Positions 27,934 to 38,299 of a stretch of 64,000 nt of DNA are shown piece after piece. Numbering within the stretch: position 1 is the stretch's first letter; the number at the start of each line of letters is the position of its first letter. The notes beneath the pieces were generated by a model. It saw only the letters and a program-made list of their open reading frames with translations, was not told the origin of the DNA and ran no database searches. The stretch comes from Alphaproteobacteria bacterium (GTDB lineage Bacteria; Pseudomonadota; Alphaproteobacteria; JAXMDU01), in assembly GCA_046348645.1 (NCBI GenBank), contig JAXMDU010000007.1, forward strand, positions 6,727-70,726, read 5' to 3'. Position numbers and translations under genes: made by a program.

Positions 27934-28988
27934 TACGAGGTCTTGACGCTTCTGGCCGTGGTCAGCATCAGGTCAAGCAGCTCCTTGCCCTTGCCAGCAC
28001 TTTCTTGGTCACGTCGGCGACCCGCTCGTTCAGATCAGCCGGGCGGCGGCGGCGTCCAGCTTGGCCCGATCTGGCGGCCGGCGTATAGGCCGCCGTCGGC
28101 ACTTTCCTTGTAGAGACCTCAAGCGCCGCGAGGTCGGCATCGGTAAAGGACTGCTTCACGCGTCGAGCAGGCCGGCACCTTGTCCATCAGCGCTTCCGGT
28201 ACTGGGGGCAGGGCGTCATAGAGCATTTAGCCTAACCCGGTGGCGGGAACGACCGACATGGCCGACGATAATGCCATGTTGGTCGTGTACCAGTCGGATA
28301 TCTCGTGCCAGCGGAACGGCTGGATCGTGGCATAGCCGGCAGATACCGCGTCGACCAGCCCGCGCTCCAGCGCGCCATAGGTATCGGGGGGCGGCAGGTT
28401 CTGGGCAACGGCACCCAGCGCCTTCATCGCCTTGGCATCGCCGCTCAGCGCGCGCACCCGCTTGCCTTTCCAGTCTTCCAACGAGGTGGGCGCCGGGCCC
28501 CGTCCCACGAACTCGTTCGAGCCGAACGGCATCGGCATGATCAGGATCGCGTTCCACCCCGCCAGCTCGCGGATCGGGTCGGGGTGCTTGTAGAACGTCT
28601 CGCGCACGACCCGGGTGTGATGGGGGGTCGGTGTCGGCAGCATGGGAAGTGCGCAGCCATCCGCCACCGGCAGCTTGCCGGGAATGTATCCGGTCGTCAC
28701 CAGCGACATTTCGAAGGCCCCGATGGCGACGCCATCGAGGTTTTCCTTCGGTTCCGAAAGGGCGCCGCCATAATGGATCTTGATCGTGAAATTGCCGTCG
28801 GTCGCCGCCGCCACGCGCCTAGCCAGCTCCTCGAAGCCGACTGTCGCGGCGCGCGGCGTTCCCCACATGGAAAAGTTCCACTGCACCTTGGGACCGTTGA
28901 CCTCTGCTGCATTCGCGCTGGCAGCAAGCCCAAGGGCCAATCCGCCGAAAACCGCGCCGATGCTAAGTGTCGTCCTGCCTATGGTCAT
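27934..28988 (-). pseudogene. TRAP-type solute-binding protein paralog 2, decayed (premature stop plus at least 3 frameshifts in the last third)
   Basis: The intact N-terminal 254 codons (28227-28988; signal peptide MTIGRTTLSIGAVFGGLALGLAASANA; AAGGA RBS) end at a TAA after ...WYTTNMALSS. Homologous C-terminal segments continue in two other frames: DALPPVPEALMDKVPA, SFTDADLAALE...ADLNERVADVTKK, GKGKELLDLMLTTARSVKTS*. They match the C-termini of paralogs 1 and 3. Confidence 0.7.
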
Positions 28989-29366
28989 GACGTCCTTCTG
29001 CCCCCTGAGTATTGAACCTGCCACGCGTTTTACCCAAGGCGGGCAAGCCCTGTCCATCCGCAAGGATAGAGAGAGGCCAAAAGGCGTGCAACCCGGCCGG
29101 TTTCCGCGTAGTCCATCACCGGACCGACACGGATCCGGCAACCAGGAATGACGACAGCGCCGAATGGGACGGCCCTTTCCCGCAAGGTTCGATGGCGGCC
29201 GGGCCCACTTGATCGCAGCGGGCGCCATCCCACGTCACAAGCAAGGACAAGAAAGCAGAGTGCGAATGCACGGTCTTGAGCGGCAGCGCCGCGAGCCCTG
29301 CCCGTACCGTGCTGCGGGCGGCAACCTGTCCAGGCCGGCTGCCAGGCCGGCCGATGGAGGCGTGTC

Positions 29367-30603
29367 ATGAAGGAAGAGGCACGTGTGGAAGCCAGATTCT
29401 GCGCCCGCAATTATGCGCCGCTGCCGGTGGTCGTAACCCGAGGGCAGGATGTCTATCTCTACGATACCGAGGGCCACCGCTACCTTGACATGATGAGCGC
29501 CTATTCCGCCGTCAGCCATGGCCATGCACATCCAAGATTGGTGCGTGCGCTAACGAGACAGGCGGAACGGTTGGCGATGTGCTCGCGCGCCATCCACAGT
29601 GATCGCCTGGGCCCATTCCTGAGACGGGCCTGCGAGATGTCGGGATTTGAACGGGGGTTACCGATGAACACGGGGGCCGAGGCGGTCGAGACGGCCCTCA
29701 AGGCCGCGCGCAAGTGGGCGTATGAGATAAAGGGCGTACCGTCCGATCGTGCGGAAATTATTAGCTGCGAGGGCAACTTCCATGGGCGGACGCTGGCTGC
29801 GGTCAGCCTTTCCTCGACCCAGCAATATCGTCGAAATTTCGGGCCCCTGATGCCGGGCATGATGCTTGTCCCGTTCGGCGATGCCGAAGCGGTTGCGCGG
29901 GCCATCACACCACGGACGGCCGCATTCCTTGTCGAACCGATTCAGGGAGAAGGCGGGATCATCGTTCCGCCGGACGGCTACCTGGCAGATTGCGCGGACA
30001 TCTGTCGCCGAAATGGTGTCTTGCTGATCTGTGACGAGATCCAGAGCGGCCTTGGCCGGACCGGGCGTTTTCTTGCCTGTGAGCATGATAAGGCCCGCCC
30101 CGATGGCGTGATCCTGGGCAAGGCCCTGGGCGGCGGACTGTTGCCGGTATCGCTTTTCCTTGCGCGCGCCGAGGTCATGGACGTGTTCAGGCCCGGTGAT
30201 CATGGCAGCACGTTCGAGGCAATCCGCTGGAGGCGGGTGGTCGGCCTGGAAGCTCCTCGATGTCTCCATCGACGAGGGGCTGATCGACCGGGCGCGCGAC
30301 CATGGCGCCTATTTCGCGGCCGGCCTGCGGAGTCTCTCCAGCCGGCTCGTCAAGGAAGTTCGCGGCCGCGGGCTTTTCCTCGGCTTGAAGCTTGATGAGG
30401 CCAGGATCGACGCACGTGACTTCTGTATCCGGCTGCTGGAGCACGACATCATTACCTATTATGCGCGTGATAACGTTGTGCGTCTTACGCCGCCGCTGAC
30501 AGTCCAGCGGCAACACATCGACACGTGCATCGATGCACTGGGGGCCGTGCTTGATCACTATGGAGACGATGCGATGTCACGCGTGCGGGTCAGCAGCGGT
30601 TGA
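29367..30603 (+). pseudogene. rocD: Ornithine aminotransferase (class-III PLP aminotransferase), disrupted by three single-base indels
   Basis: Residues 1-285 are collinear with OAT (e.g. YLDMMSAYSAVSHGHAHP, MNTGAEAVETALKAARKWAYEIKG, GKALGGG). After GDHGSTF the conserved GGNPL motif is out of frame. The C-terminal 130 aa (LLDVSIDEGLIDRARDHGAYF...VKEVRGRGLFLGL...NVVRLTPPLT) are in the frame of ORF 30160-30603. Restoring frame needs +g, -g and -c at about 30218-30256. GGAGG RBS at the start; the stop overlaps the putA ATG. Confidence 0.75.
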
Positions 30604-33600
30604 TGGTAAGTGCTGTCATGGACGGAGCGGCAGGCCGGCAGGATATTGATCGCCGGGAGATATTTGAATCCTACCTGACGGACGAGACCGGCTGTGTCCG
30701 GAATGTCATTGCGTGTGCACGCTTAAGTGAACACGAGGCCCAGGAGATCGATCGCCGGGCGCGGCTCCTGGTCGGGGCCTTGCGCTCTGGGCCTCAGCCC
30801 GGCGACAGCATCGATGCGTTCATGCGCGAATACGGCCTGTCCAGCGCCGAGGGCGTGGCGCTCATGGGCCTTGCTGAAGCGCTGCTGCGCATACCGGATC
30901 AGGCCACGGTCGATGCTCTGATCCGGGACAAGATCGGAACCGCCGACTGGGCCGCTCATCTTGGCCATTCCGAATCGATGTTCGTCAATGCAGCGACGTG
31001 GGCACTGATGCTGGGAGGACGGGTGGTTGGCCCCGATCCTGGAGGACTGCAAGGTGGGGTCCAGGCGCTGACGGGTCTTGTCGCCCGCGCCGGCGGATCG
31101 CTTGTCCGCGCGGCCGTCGTCCAAGCCATGCGGCTGCTGAGTGAAAAATTCGTCATCGGGCCAACGATCGAGGACGCGCTGGGGAAGGCGAGAACGTGGC
31201 AGGAACAGGGCTACCGCTTTTCATTTGATATGCTGGGTGAGGCGGCCCTTACCCAGGCTGACGCCGAGCACTTTGCCGGGTCATACGCCCACGCTATCGA
31301 TGCGATGGGGCAGTCCGGGGCAGACGGCGATGTGGCGGGGCGACCGGATATCTCGATCAAACTGTCGGCTCTGCATCCCCGCTACGAGCCGTACCAGCGC
31401 GAAAGGGTGATGGCCGAACTGGTGCCGCGACTTCGGTCGCTGGTCGGCAGGGCAAGGTCCGGGAACGTTGGCGTGACCATCGATGCCGAGGAGGCCCGCA
31501 GCCTGGACCTTGGCTTGGCGGTGATTGAGGCCGTTGCCAAGGCGCCCGAGGCGGCGGGCTGGAATGGTCTTGGTTTCGCGTTGCAGGCCTACAGCAAACG
31601 CGCACTCGCGGTGATCGACTGGGCGGCGCGGATCGCCCACCGGGATGGCCGACAGTGGCCTCTGCGCCTGGTCAAGGGCGCCTACTGGGATTCCGAGATC
31701 AAGTGGGCCCAGCAACTCGGCCTCGATGACTATCCGGTGTTCACGCTCAAGGCCGCGACCGACGTCTCATATCTGGCCTGCGCGCGCCGGATATTGGCTG
31801 ATCGGCAAGCGTTCATGCCGCGATTCGCGACCCATAATGCACACACGTTGACAGCGGTGTCGGTGATGGCCGGCGCCGGGGCGGGGATCGAGTTCCAGCG
31901 TCTTTATGGCATGGGCGAAGCCCTCTACAACGAGGCGATCGGACACCACGGCATGGGATTTCCGTGCCGGATATACGCACCGGTGGGAAGCTACGACGCA
32001 TTGCTGCCCTATTTGATGCGCCGGCTGCTGGAAAACGGAGCCAACACGTCGTTCGTCAACCGGCTTGTCGACCAGGATACCCCCGTTGCGGAGGTCGTTT
32101 CTGATCCGGTTGCAAGGCTGGTGCGGGCCACGAACAAGCGCCACCCCCGCATTCCGACGCCACCCCGGATCTATGGCTCCGAGCGGCTCAATTCGGCTGG
32201 CCTGCTGATCGCCGAGCCTCCCGTGCTGACGGCCTTGCAAGCGGCGATGGCTGAGGCGCTGGCGGGGCCGGTCGTGGCGGCGCCAATCATTGATGGCCAG
32301 ACGGTGGAAGGCCCGGCGCGGCCCGTTCTTGACCCCGCTGACCGGCGCCGGGTGGTCGGCCATCTTGTCAGCGCCACGGTGGACGATGTCGGGCGCGCCG
32401 CCGGGGTGGCGCGACGCGCGGCGCCGGACTGGAATGCCCGTGGCGGGGTGTCTCGCGCCGATATCCTGGAGCGGGCTGCCGAGCTGTTCGAAAGGCGCCG
32501 CGCGACCCTGATGGCGCTGTGCATCCGGGAGGGCGGCAAGACCGTGCCCAATGCCTTGGCCGAGCTTCGCGAGGCCGTTGATTATCTTCGCTACTACGCG
32601 GCCCGCGCCCGGGCCGAGTTCGCGGCGCCCATGCCATTGCCCGGACCCACGGGCGAAGCCAACCATCTTGGTCTTCAGGGCCGCGGCGTGTTCACCTGCA
32701 TCAGCCCCTGGAACTTCCCTGTCGCTATCCTGACGGGTCAGATTGCCGCTGCGCTTGCGGCTGGAAACGCGGTCCTGGCCAAACCGGCGGAGCACGGTAG
32801 CTTGGCCGCGACCGAGGTTGTGCGGCTGCTTCATCAGGCAGGGGTGCCGTCATCGGTTCTTCACCTGTTGACCGGCAGCGCGCGGACGATCGGTCTGCCG
32901 CTTGTCGAGCGAGCAGAGATTGCCGGCGTCGCGCTGACTGGCTCGGGCGAAACGGCGCGGACCATAGCGCAGGTGCTGGCCGCACGGCCGGGCCCCATCG
33001 TGCCCTTCATTGCCGAAACCGGTGGGATCAACGCCATGATTGTCGATTCGACCGCTCAGATGGAGCGTACCGTGATCGATGCGGTTCGTTCCGCTTTCGA
33101 CAGTTCCGGGCAACGGTGCTCGTCCTTGCGCCTGCTGTTTCTGCAGGATGAAATTGCCGATTCGTTTGTGCGGGGGCTTGTCGGCCGGGCAGCAGAGCTT
33201 CGTATCGGCGACCCCATGGAGATCGCGACCGATATCGGCCCCTTGATCGACGATACGGCCTGCCGGTCCGTCATGGCACATGCGGAGCTTCTGGAGCACC
33301 GGGGGCGCCGGCTTTTTCGCGGCCAACGGCCGGCGGCCGCCGCCGAGGGCAACTTCGTGCCCCCAGCGATTTTCGAGATCGATGATGCCGGCTGGTTGCG
33401 CGAAGAGGTCTTTGGCCCGATCCTGCACGTTGTCCGCTTCCGGCGGGATCGGCTGTCCCAGGTCTGCAAGGCCATCAACGACAAGGGTTATGGACTTACC
33501 CTTTCTCTCCACTCGCGGATTGACTCGGTTGTCGAACAGGTGCGGCAGCAAGTGCGGGTCGGCAACCTGTATGTTAACCGCGACCAGATTGGCGCCGTGG

Positions 33601-33845
33601 TGGGCACGCAGCCTTTTGGCGGCGAGGGACTTTCGGGGACGGGACCAAAGGCTGGCGGGCCGTATTATCTTCATCGCTTCGCGGTTGAACGCTCCATGGC
33701 CGTCAACCTCACCGCCTCGGGGGGCGACGTGGCACTGTTCGCCGCCGAGCCCCCCGAACGGGACATGGCCGAGGCGCCGGCCGATCGCGTAACGGCACAA
33801 TCTCAGAGGGGGCACAATCTCAGAGGGCGGAAATCGCTGCCCTGA
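30603..33845 (+). CDS. putA: Bifunctional proline dehydrogenase / L-glutamate-gamma-semialdehyde (P5C) dehydrogenase PutA
   Basis: About 1080 aa with a PRODH TIM-barrel region followed by an aldehyde dehydrogenase domain containing the catalytic Cys context. No N-terminal RHH DNA-binding domain. The ATG overlaps the rocD stop (TGATG). Confidence 0.9.
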   Translation: MVSAVMDGAAGRQDIDRREIFESYLTDETGCVRNVIACARLSEHEAQEIDRRARLLVGALRSGPQPGDSIDAFMREYGLSSAEGVALMGLAEALLRIPDQATVDALIRDKIGTADWAAHLGHSESMFVNAATWALMLGGRVVGPDPGGLQGGVQALTGLVARAGGSLVRAAVVQAMRLLSEKFVIGPTIEDALGKARTWQEQGYRFSFDMLGEAALTQADAEHFAGSYAHAIDAMGQSGADGDVAGRPDISIKLSALHPRYEPYQRERVMAELVPRLRSLVGRARSGNVGVTIDAEEARSLDLGLAVIEAVAKAPEAAGWNGLGFALQAYSKRALAVIDWAARIAHRDGRQWPLRLVKGAYWDSEIKWAQQLGLDDYPVFTLKAATDVSYLACARRILADRQAFMPRFATHNAHTLTAVSVMAGAGAGIEFQRLYGMGEALYNEAIGHHGMGFPCRIYAPVGSYDALLPYLMRRLLENGANTSFVNRLVDQDTPVAEVVSDPVARLVRATNKRHPRIPTPPRIYGSERLNSAGLLIAEPPVLTALQAAMAEALAGPVVAAPIIDGQTVEGPARPVLDPADRRRVVGHLVSATVDDVGRAAGVARRAAPDWNARGGVSRADILERAAELFERRRATLMALCIREGGKTVPNALAELREAVDYLRYYAARARAEFAAPMPLPGPTGEANHLGLQGRGVFTCISPWNFPVAILTGQIAAALAAGNAVLAKPAEHGSLAATEVVRLLHQAGVPSSVLHLLTGSARTIGLPLVERAEIAGVALTGSGETARTIAQVLAARPGPIVPFIAETGGINAMIVDSTAQMERTVIDAVRSAFDSSGQRCSSLRLLFLQDEIADSFVRGLVGRAAELRIGDPMEIATDIGPLIDDTACRSVMAHAELLEHRGRRLFRGQRPAAAAEGNFVPPAIFEIDDAGWLREEVFGPILHVVRFRRDRLSQVCKAINDKGYGLTLSLHSRIDSVVEQVRQQVRVGNLYVNRDQIGAVVGTQPFGGEGLSGTGPKAGGPYYLHRFAVERSMAVNLTASGGDVALFAAEPPERDMAEAPADRVTAQSQRGHNLRGRKSLP

Positions 33846-36273
33846 TGCGTGCCACAAGATCCGGTATCAGGGTAAGCCGTGTCGTCTCTTCCTCAATCAC
33901 CAGCTCGAACGCCATCTTCTTCAAGGCGCGAAGATCGATCGCCCCTTTTGCGGTCGCCGGCATTGTCGTCGCCAGAATGTCGAGAAGCCGGTCAACACCG
34001 TGCAACCGGCCCCACAAATAGTCGTTCTCCCGCATCGCGCGGCTGAGGAAGCCGCCAAAGCCCGCAAAGGTTCCGCCAAATAGTTCCCGGCCCCCATCTT
34101 TTAACGTCAGCGTGATCGCATCGTCGGGACTGATGCGATCGATCAGCACTTCCGCGATAGGACCTGTCTCCAGGGATTCGGCGCCGGCGGCGGGGCGAAC
34201 CAGAACGTCCCAATAGAAATATCCGAAATAGGCCGTGAGAATGGCGCTGCGACAGCGCGGGCCGAGGTTCAGTACAAGCGGCGAGGCCAGCACGGCATCC
34301 GCATCATCGTTACGGCGGGCAAGATCACATTCAATGCCAAGCCGCTTGACCAGGATCGAGATATCACCGCCGCTTGGGGGTGTCGCGCGCTTCGGCTGGC
34401 TGCCGCCCAAAATAGGAGGGAACAGGGCTCGACACATCGCAATCGCTTGATCGCTCAGGAACGAGGCATCGCGGTATATGGACAGGTCGTCGACGAGCTT
34501 GCGAAGCTTTATCTTGATCAGATCAAGGTCTTCAGGGCGAGTGGAACATACGTCCTTACTTGAAATATCTTCATAGAGGCTATTGATCTCGCTGAGCACG
34601 AAATGAAGCCGCCTTCGCTTGTAAACGACCCCAAAATCGAGAACCATCATTCCCCATGCGGGAAGATCGACATTCTCGGTCAGGCTGTCCGGCAACCGAT
34701 ACGAGCGCGAAATAATATTCTGCTCCCTGGCCCATTCCTCGATGGCGTTTTGGACCTGTTGCGCCTCTGCCGAGTCGTTGGCGAAACGGCACGCGCTGTT
34801 GATCAGGCTGGCAACAAAATCCACGGCCTCCAGCACAAGGGTACGGGTCCACGCGTCATAAACGATCGGCGCGGCAGAGAGGAGCCTTGTCGAGTTAAGC
34901 CGCCACCGGCGGACATCGTTGATCGTAAATGGCTCGTCCCCACGGATCCGGCCTTGCGTGGCACGGACGATCAGTTCCTCGACCTGGGGCCTTGAATTCG
35001 TGATGGCGTCCTTCAATCGTCGCATTTGCTTGTTAAAGCGGCTGATTTCGGCCAGTTCCTTGTAGATCGGATCATTGCGCGGCAGGTCCGAAAGCGCTCC
35101 TCGCAGGGTGGCAAAAAATCCCGGCACGCCCGATTGGCTGCGCGAATGCTCGGCCCCGGAGTGGGGATCGATGAAAACCAGGCGGCGATCCACCTCGCGA
35201 AAAGCGCCGTGCGTGCGGATGGCATCGAGCGTCGCCGTGATCGGCCTGTTATCGAGGATGCTGCCGTCGACCAGCACCGCCCCTTGTGGATCGATGCCTT
35301 GGTCGCGATACCGGCCGAAGTTCGCTGCCAGGAAGCGTGCACGCGCGGGCCAGGGCCTGTAGCGGGATGTCAGCAGCTCGTCGATCTCGTGGATCTGGGC
35401 TGGTGGAAAGGCGCCGGGATACGAGGCTGTCGCGCGCGCGGCAAAGGCGAGCGACGGCAGGCTGTCGAGATCAAAGTCACTGTGATGGTAGCCGGTCCTG
35501 CGATGCTCGTAACTGAAGTGGAGAAGGTGGCGATGCTGGCGTTCCTGCATCACCGGCGGATCATGGATGGAAATCGACTCGTGGAGCCCGCGGAAATCCG
35601 TCACCGTGACCAGCAGGTCCAGCCGGGTATCCTCGGGCAGCAGAGATCCTCTTGAGACGTCCGGACCTCCCATGGCTTCCAGGCCATCAAGAACCAGGGC
35701 GGTGAGACGGTGGCCGTCGAGGGGCGGCTTGAACCAGCGGGATCGCAGGAATATGGAAACCCGTTCCTGCATTTCATGATCAACATCACCGGCAAGCACG
35801 CCTTCGCGCTTGAGCCGGTCAAGCAATGGCCGAACCAAGGGCCGGATATAGCCCTTGCTCCAGAGCCGCGCCCTGGCTTCGGGCGCGAGCAGCTTGAGCA
35901 TGTCGGCTTCCGCCAGCCACATTTCGGTAAGAGGCGTCAGGCTGAGATCATTAGCAAGCGCTCGGGCAAGGGCGATCCCGTTGATGCCGCCGGCCGATGA
36001 TCCGGTGATCACGTCGACAATGACCCGCAGCGACATGTGTTGTCCGACCGTTTCCAGAAACTGGAGATAGACGTCGCCGGTCGTCGGTTCGGATTCGTTT
36101 GGATAATACTTGCGAAAGGGAAGGATCTCGGCGCTCTCGCCCTGCCGGTCGCGATGGTAGAGCTTTGATGCCCGTATCAGGTTGAGGATTTCACGGTTGA
36201 TGCCATGCTGGTAGACCGCGAGGGACACGCCGCCGAAGTAAGTGATGGCCAGGCGAAGTTCTTTCTCTTTCAT
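33820..36273 (-). CDS. Patatin-like phospholipase family protein with a large C-terminal DUF3376-type domain
   Basis: About 817 aa. Gly-rich oxyanion region ITYFGGVSLAVYQHG, nucleophile elbow GSSAG (ITGSSAGGING) and an Asp dyad context VLVDGSILDNRP. The remaining ~500 aa form a helical domain typical of DUF3376 patatins. GGAGG RBS before ATG 36273. The 3' end overlaps the putA 3' end by 26 bp (convergent). Confidence 0.75.
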   Translation of the reverse strand: MKEKELRLAITYFGGVSLAVYQHGINREILNLIRASKLYHRDRQGESAEILPFRKYYPNESEPTTGDVYLQFLETVGQHMSLRVIVDVITGSSAGGINGIALARALANDLSLTPLTEMWLAEADMLKLLAPEARARLWSKGYIRPLVRPLLDRLKREGVLAGDVDHEMQERVSIFLRSRWFKPPLDGHRLTALVLDGLEAMGGPDVSRGSLLPEDTRLDLLVTVTDFRGLHESISIHDPPVMQERQHRHLLHFSYEHRRTGYHHSDFDLDSLPSLAFAARATASYPGAFPPAQIHEIDELLTSRYRPWPARARFLAANFGRYRDQGIDPQGAVLVDGSILDNRPITATLDAIRTHGAFREVDRRLVFIDPHSGAEHSRSQSGVPGFFATLRGALSDLPRNDPIYKELAEISRFNKQMRRLKDAITNSRPQVEELIVRATQGRIRGDEPFTINDVRRWRLNSTRLLSAAPIVYDAWTRTLVLEAVDFVASLINSACRFANDSAEAQQVQNAIEEWAREQNIISRSYRLPDSLTENVDLPAWGMMVLDFGVVYKRRRLHFVLSEINSLYEDISSKDVCSTRPEDLDLIKIKLRKLVDDLSIYRDASFLSDQAIAMCRALFPPILGGSQPKRATPPSGGDISILVKRLGIECDLARRNDDADAVLASPLVLNLGPRCRSAILTAYFGYFYWDVLVRPAAGAESLETGPIAEVLIDRISPDDAITLTLKDGGRELFGGTFAGFGGFLSRAMRENDYLWGRLHGVDRLLDILATTMPATAKGAIDLRALKKMAFELVIEEETTRLTLIPDLVARIRAAISAL

Positions 36274-36330
36274 CGCAGGCCTACCTCCGCGCGGCTCCCT
36301 GCGCACGGTCCCAATATCACTGGCCCAATA

Positions 36331-38277
36331 TCACGGGTCCAGTCTGTCGAGGCGCGCTTTCATCCAATTGAGCAGGCCACCGCCAAGCACATGTTCGACC
36401 TGGTGGGGCGACAAGGCGTGATGAACGCAAAACGACCGGCCGCGGGATCGGTTTTCGACAACAAGCTGGCGCCCTTTGGCCAGCGCCGTGGTCACGTCGC
36501 TCAAGCGAAGAAGGTCGCTGGGCGCAATGGCGTCATAATCGGCAGGCTCAGCAAAGGTCAGGGGCAGAACTCCGAAATTCGCCAGATTTCGTTCGTGGAT
36601 TCGGGCAAAGCTCTTGGCAAGAACGGCCCGCAAGCCAAGAAACCGCGGACCCAAGGCCGCATGCTCGCGGCTGGAGCCCTGTCCATAGTTGTCGCCGGCC
36701 ACGATGACATGGTCTCCGCTCTTGGCCGCGCGCGCGGCATAAGTGGGGTCAATGACATCAAATGAGAATTGAGCGATTTTGGGAATATTGCTCCGGAATG
36801 GCAGCACGCGTGCACCGGCGGGCATGATTTCATCGGTTGAAATGTTGTCCCCGACCTTGAGCAGGACCGGCCCGTCCAGAGAGGCCGGAAGGGGGCCGAA
36901 TTCGGGCAAGGACGCGATGTTGGGACCTTTTACGAGCGGGGCACGCAATTCGGTTTCATGAACCGGTGGACGAAACATCGCGCGGTTGACCACCGGATTG
37001 TCGGGGTCCGCCACCCCGATATAAGAGAGGCCGACAGCGCGGGGGTCGGTGATGACCCCCGTGAGGGCCGATGCGGTGGCGGTTTCGGGGCTTACCAGGC
37101 AGACCTGGTCGTCGCGCGTCCCCGAGCGCCCAGGAAAGTTGCGTGGCGTGGTCCGCAGCGACAGCTGATTGGTCGCGGGCGCTTGGCCCATCCCGATGCA
37201 GCCATTGCAGCCGGCTTGGTGAAGGCGTGCGCCCGCATGAACAAGGTCGGCGATATGGCCGTCGCGCATCAACGTCTCAAGCTGGGCCCGAGACGTGGGA
37301 TTGACGTCGAACGAGATCTGGTCGCTTACCCGGCGGCCGCGAACCATCGCTGCCGCGACGGCAAAATCCCGGTAACCCGGGTTGGCCGAAGACCCGATAT
37401 AGGCTTGATAGATCGGTCGGCCTGCGACATCGCGGACTGGACGCACGTTTCCGGGGCTGGATGGCATGGCAATCAGCGGCTCAAGGCTGCCGAGATCGAT
37501 TTCTTCCTCAACGTCATAGGACGCGCCGGGATCGGCGGCGAGTTCAATCCAGTCGTTTTCCCGCTGCCAGGCGCGCAGGAAGCGCCGCGTTTCCTGGTCG
37601 GACGGAAAGACAGTCGCCGTCGCTCCCAGTTCCGCGCCCATGTTGGCGATCACGTGGCGATCCATCGCGGTCAGCCCTGCCAATCCGGGCCCGCGATATT
37701 CGATGATTCGATTGCGGCCGCCATCGACGCCATGCCGGCGCAACATCTCGAGAATCACGTCCTTGGCGCTGACCCAATCCGGAAGAGCCCCGACAAGATT
37801 GACTCCCCAAATTGCGGGCATGGGCATTGGGAAGGGTTCGCCGGCCATCGCCAGGGCGACCTCCAACCCACCCGCCCCGATCGCCAGCATGCCGATCGCG
37901 CCGCCAGCTGGTGTGTGGCTATCGGCGCCGAGAAGCGTCTTGCCGGGCTTTCCGAAGTTTTCCTGGTGGCAGGGATGACTCACCCCGTTACCGGGGCCCG
38001 AGTACCAGACGCCGAACCGCTCGCAGGCGCTGCGAAGGAAAACGTGGTCGTCGGGATTCCTGTGATCAGCCTGGATGAGATTATGGTCGACATATTGGAC
38101 GCTCAGCTCGGTCTTCACGCGCTTCAAGCCAATCGCCTCGAGTTCGAGCATGACCAGGGTTCCGGTCGCATCCTGGGTAAGCGTCTGATCGATCCGGATC
38201 CCGATTTCTCCGCCCGGCGTCATGTCGCCATGCAACAAGTGCCGCTGGATCAGCTTTTGCGCGACGTTCTGCGGCAT
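36331..38277 (-). CDS. Aconitase-family (fused large + swivel domain) Fe-S hydro-lyase of unknown substrate
   Basis: About 649 aa from ATG 38277 (GGAGG RBS). N-terminal aconitase/IPM-isomerase pattern (IRIDQTLTQDATGTLVMLELEAIG, GADSHT) and cluster Cys ligands (CNGCIGMG). The swivel domain is fused at the C-terminus, so this is not a leuC/leuD pair. Confidence 0.75.
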   Translation of the reverse strand: MPQNVAQKLIQRHLLHGDMTPGGEIGIRIDQTLTQDATGTLVMLELEAIGLKRVKTELSVQYVDHNLIQADHRNPDDHVFLRSACERFGVWYSGPGNGVSHPCHQENFGKPGKTLLGADSHTPAGGAIGMLAIGAGGLEVALAMAGEPFPMPMPAIWGVNLVGALPDWVSAKDVILEMLRRHGVDGGRNRIIEYRGPGLAGLTAMDRHVIANMGAELGATATVFPSDQETRRFLRAWQRENDWIELAADPGASYDVEEEIDLGSLEPLIAMPSSPGNVRPVRDVAGRPIYQAYIGSSANPGYRDFAVAAAMVRGRRVSDQISFDVNPTSRAQLETLMRDGHIADLVHAGARLHQAGCNGCIGMGQAPATNQLSLRTTPRNFPGRSGTRDDQVCLVSPETATASALTGVITDPRAVGLSYIGVADPDNPVVNRAMFRPPVHETELRAPLVKGPNIASLPEFGPLPASLDGPVLLKVGDNISTDEIMPAGARVLPFRSNIPKIAQFSFDVIDPTYAARAAKSGDHVIVAGDNYGQGSSREHAALGPRFLGLRAVLAKSFARIHERNLANFGVLPLTFAEPADYDAIAPSDLLRLSDVTTALAKGRQLVVENRSRGRSFCVHHALSPHQVEHVLGGGLLNWMKARLDRLDP

Positions 38278-38299
38278 GACGCGACCTCCACTCCGAGAT

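Noticed and set aside
31767-33857. 355-aa and 335-aa minus-strand ORFs
   Set aside because: Antisense to putA.
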